A DNA stretch of 64,000 nucleotides, taken from assembly GCA_958009085.1 (NCBI GenBank), contig OY253676.1:1-64000 (forward strand), given 5' to 3'. Below are positions 59,929-64,000 of this stretch, piece by piece. Below the pieces are notes generated by a model. The model was not told where the DNA came from. It was given only the letters and a program-made list of their open reading frames with translations, and did not search any database. How positions within the stretch are numbered: position 1 is the first letter of the stretch; every line of letters starts with the position of its first letter. The position numbers were made by a program, and so were the translations under genes. Source of the stretch: Protoeuglena noctilucae (lineage: Eukaryota).

Positions 59929-61199
59929 TTACTCAACGCCCTCGCCATCGCCTACCGGTACAAGAAGATCAAGGAGACGCCCGCGGGGGAGAGGAAGGCC
60001 AAGTTCGTGCCCAAGGTGGGTTTGAATGCTGGGGGGGTGGGTGTGATGGGTGAGCGGTGTGTGTGCTGATGGTGGGTGGGGAGCGAGGGGTGAGAGATGC
60101 GTGTGCCCGCGCGTCACTCTCGTAAGCTTGCCACTTTCTAATGCGACGTGCATGTACATGCCGACATGGCTCTCTTTTCGACTCACCGGCACAGTCACCT
60201 CGCCCCCCCACCCCCCCAGGTGTGCATGATCGGCGGCAAGGCGTTTGCGACGTACGAGCAGGCCAAGCGCATCGTGAGCCTGATCGTCAAGATGTCCCAG
60301 ACCATCAACGCCGACCCGGAGGTGGCCGACCTCCTCAAGGTCGTCTTCGTGCCCAACTACAACGTCACGGTGGCCGAGCACCTCATCCCGGGCACCGAGC
60401 TGTGCCACCAGATCTCGACCGCCGGCATGGAAGCCAGCGGCACCTCCAACATGAAGTTCATGATGAACGGGGCGCTGACCGTCGGCACGCTCGACGGCGC
60501 TAACGTGGAGATCCGCGAGAAGGCGGGGGCGGAGAACTTCTTCCTGTTCGGGGCCACCGCGGACATGATCCCCAAGTGAGTCATGGCGCTCGCTGACCAG
60601 TGCCCCGCTCTGCCACCCCCACTCCCACTCTCCCACCCCCACCCCATCCCTCCCCTCTCATCTCCTTCTCCCCCCAGGATCCGCGAGGAGCGCCGCCAGG
60701 GCCACTTCCAGCCCGACCCGCGCTTCGAGGAGGTGAAGGCGTACGTGCGGTCGGGGGTGTTTGGCAAGGACGAGCACACCATGCGCGAGATGGACATGCT
60801 CATGGGGAGCCTCGAGGGTGAGAGCGAGAAGATGCGGGCACGAGTGGGGTTGATGATGGGCATGCGTTGCACCGCACACGCACCCTCGCATGCACAGCCC
60901 TCCTCACACACCACGCACGGTCACCCGCACCCAGCACCCTCACCCACCCCCCTCACCCCCCCACCCACCCCCCAGGCAACGAGGGCTTTGGCCGCGCGGA
61001 CTACTTCTGCGTCGGCTACGACTTCCCCTCCTTCCTGGAGGCCCTGGACGCTGCTGATGCCCGGTACCGCGACCCCAAGGCCTGGGCGCGTGCTTCGATC
61101 ATCAACGCCGCCACGTCCGGCAAGTTCTCCAGCGACCGCACCATCCGGCAGTACGCCACGGAGATCTGGGGTATCGAGCCCTGCCGCGTGGGCAACTGA
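56238..61199 (+). CDS. Alpha-glucan (starch) phosphorylase, GT35, multi-exon; start uncertain, first clear exon ~56910
   Basis: [88 protein letters not shown] site [23 protein letters not shown]. Confidence 0.97.
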
Positions 61200-61256
61200 G
61201 AAGCTCTCAGCTAACGGCGACTAGGCACGGCGGTGCGGGATGGTGGGCGGTTGTGG

Positions 61257-61261
61257 TGTAA
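61257..61261 (+). promoter_or_regulatory. Candidate chlorophyte-type polyadenylation signal TGTAA
   Basis: TGTAA about 60 nt downstream of the phosphorylase stop codon. Confidence 0.5.
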
Positions 61262-61741
61262 CTGCAGCTCTCGCCCCTCGTCATTGCTGTGTTCAATGTG
61301 CATGTGTTTTTGCGCTGCAACGCATCCAGGGATCTCGCTCTGGGCTTTTTGAGCCGGGTGGCTGTGGTGGGAGTGCGCCCGTCTGTGGTGTGTGGGGTGG
61401 GATGGAGTGACGCCCGCGTGTTGTCGCGTCTTCTAGCTTTCCGAGTGAGATCACTCGTTGAAGAGCCAAGGCACGAGCGGGGTGGAGTCAATGGCTGTTA
61501 TCAGTCATCAGCAAGCCACCTGCCGCATGCGACAACGCACCCAACAGCATCTATCGAAACCCAATGCATCTACCATTACCCGTCCATTCCTTAGGATCAC
61601 GCTATTCGCATCTGCATGCATGCCCGTCCGACACAAGACGACGAGCCCCACCCCACCTGCACCCTTACCGCCGCCACCCGACCAAACACACCCACGCAGC
61701 CGCTCCGCCGCACTCGTCACCCCCTCACTCCCCAAACCCCC

Positions 61742-64000
61742 CTAAGTCACGGCCACGCTTTCCCCCACCGCCATGGGCGGCCCCCCGTTCCGGTAGTCTC
61801 TGCTTATATCAAACCAAGCGAGGGTCTGCCCCGGGTGCTCCTCGATCCACTGCCTCATCCTGTCATCGAGAGACTGGCGCCTCGCGGGGCCGGCGGGGAG
61901 CATCAGGTCGTCCAGCGTGGCGATGGCCTCGTTGACGGTGCCCACCAACACCGACTGGGAGGGAGGGAGCGAGGGAGCAAAGGGGTTTAGGAGATGGGTG
62001 GGCGACGTGCTTCTTGGGTGCGGCAGTGTGCCGCTCCGCGAGCATCGTGCAAAGACCCAGCAAGGGTGCAAATGTGATCCATGCACCACCTCTTTAGTGC
62101 ATCACGGCCCCTTGTGCGCCACTGCACCCCTGTGCACGGGTGCTGACCAGCACCCCTTTTGAACATGCATGCCAACATGCACCCCATCGCACAACCATCG
62201 ACTCGCCTCGATGTCGAACAGGTCCTGGTCGACGGGGAATCCGTCCTGCAGCGTCCACTTCTTCGCGGGACTCCACTCCTTGGGGGGCATGGGCTGGAAC
62301 CCGATGCGGCGGGCGTGGTCGGGAGCCCAGAAGTCGCGCTTCTCGAAACGCCACACCTGGGGAGAGAGCAGGGAGGGGACTGGATGTCAGGACACAAAAC
62401 CTTGCAAGCTTGCCTGCTGTTTGACTGTTATACAAAGGGACAGCCAGTGGTGGTAGCCAAGGACCGCTTAACATCTCCAGCACCCAGGCCCCCAAACCCT
62501 CGCCGCTTGACCCGCACTCCACCAGCACCCCTTACCTCCGGCCCGTATTTGAACTTGATCTGCTCCAGGACGTCCTTAGACCCCTCGTACTTGGCCGTCT
62601 CCTGCCTCCGCTCGTTGTCGAACCACAGCGCGCCCCACGTGTAGTGCAGCATGGACGCCACCCCCATCACGCGGTCGTTGGGGGGTTGGGAGATGAGGCG
62701 GTTGTCGGGGGTGCGCTTCAGGTCCAGCTTGACGCCCTGGGGGTGGCAGCGTGGGCGGCGGTGTGGGTGGCAGCGTGGTGATAGCGTGGGTGGCAGCGTG
62801 GGTGTGGAAACACAAGGTAATCAGCCAACTGCTCGCTGCTCGCTGCTCTGCCCCTGTGCCCCGTCTATGTCATCGCCTGGCCCTCGCCTGCAGCGCCAGT
62901 GCGATGCTGAAGGCGTACATCTCCCGCACCCACCCCAGCTGCTCTCGACAAGCCTCGTCGTTCTCAATGTGCAGGGTCAGGCGCTCCCAGTCGGGGGTCA
63001 CCCGCGCCCACTCGCCCGCACGCGCCAGCACGGGGGCTGGGCCACTGCGATACATGCGACATGACGAGCATTTTAGCTGTGCTTGTCAACTGGCGATAGA
63101 CTGGCATGGGCCTGGCTGGTCATCTCAGCCACCCTTGCACGCGTGTGATGCCCGCCTCTGTTACTATGGTCATTCATCTCAACCTCCCTCCCTCACATGC
63201 AATGCTCAGCTCTGGTTAGTCATTTCACCTGGGTGGTATGACGGAGAGCGCGCCCTTGGATTCGGGGAACATGGGCCTCATGAGAGTGGGGAAGGCGCCG
63301 GGGTTGATGTAGAAGAAGGGGAAGCCCTCGCTGATGGCAGTCGACTCCGCGGCGGGGGCGGACACGGGTTTCAAAAACACGTAGTCGCCCTCGATCATCA
63401 ACAGCCACGGGGCCTGGATGAGAGACGGGTCCTTCTCTGCAAGGGCGTGGGGTTGTGGGTGAGGGATGTTGAAGAGGGGCGGATGAGCACAGAGGTGCTG
63501 TGGGCTGACCCTCATGCTCCACACCCAGGGCGATGCGTTTGCATGGCATATAACGAAGCATATCACGAAACAAACATGTGGGCATGTGCCACGAGGTCCT
63601 CACCGGCTGCTTGGAGGAACTGGCGCACGGAGTTGGGCCTGTCCGCCACGGGGAAGGGGCACCACTTGTCGCAGGCGGGGGTGACGGGGTCGGCGCGGAA
63701 GGTGGGCACCTCGTGGGAGATGTCGTCGTGCTCTGACGTGGCAGAAAACAGAACAGAAATGTCGGATAGGAAATATCTAGGAAATATCGAAGACTGTGCA
63801 TGTGCTGCCCGCATGTGCCATGTATGCAACCCCAGCTCGCTCACCGGCACGGCTGAGGATACGCGTGAATGCGACCATCTTGTCCCCTCCCGGCATGGCC
63901 CTGGCGCGGAGGTAGGTGCGGTAGAGGATGCGCGTCTGGAAGTTCAAATAGGGCGTGCCGTTGCTGGTCACGAGCACGTGCACCGCATCGCCCCGGCTGG
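61742..64000 (-). CDS. HPAT: Hydroxyproline O-arabinosyltransferase (HPAT family), 5' end outside the window
   Basis: HVLVTSNGTPYLNFQTRI, FTRIL, FPVADRP, LLMIEGDYVFLKP, FPFFYINP, LGWVREMYAFSIA, MLHYTWG, WRFEKR. Confidence 0.9.

Noticed and set aside
6803..61744. TAA/TAG-to-Gln reassignment as in some ulvophytes
   Set aside because: Multi-kb exons have no in-frame TAA/TAG, Gln uses CAG/CAA, and TAG ends PEX4 at the expected length.
258..64000. Hundreds of long overlapping ORFs in the six-frame track (e.g. 33293-35689 +, 38574-41126 +, 20999-22567 +)
   Set aside because: They are shadow or antisense frames of real genes, caused by high GC3. Translations are Arg/Gly/Pro/Ala-rich with no motifs.
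1..64000. Transposons, CRISPR arrays, rRNA or tRNA genes
   Set aside because: I saw no transposase, RT or integrase motifs, terminal repeats, repeat-spacer arrays or recognisable structural RNAs. Small ncRNAs cannot be excluded by eye.

Overview
Telomeric end of a chromosome from a GC-rich, intron-dense eukaryote, very probably a green alga. The evidence is an HPAT-family gene, a plastid-type G6PDH, a starch-phosphorylase-like gene and a TGTAA poly(A) signal. The window opens with (CCCTAA)n and runs straight into a thioredoxin reductase gene that the telomere cuts off mid-exon. About 14 spliced genes follow. Most are ordinary: G6PDH, PEX4, COG7, a cyclophilin-like gene, an R3H gene, EMC3, PRA1, glucan phosphorylase and a partial HPAT. 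Three are unusual. (1) A secreted protein with two six-Cys modules and three fasciclin domains. (2) An NLR-like gene with a probable N-acylation motif, an MLKL/HeLo-like helical domain, NACHT and WD40 repeats. (3) A ~24.6 kb, roughly 7,300-aa polycystin-1-like receptor: >20 filamin/Ig-like repeats, REJ, a PKD1-type GPS and five TM helices. It lacks the channel half, carries PLAT in a different loop, has tandem IQ motifs and ends in two RVYP motifs. GC-AG introns are unusually common. All gene models were spliced by eye, exon and start coordinates are approximate, and family calls come from recognised motifs, not database searches.
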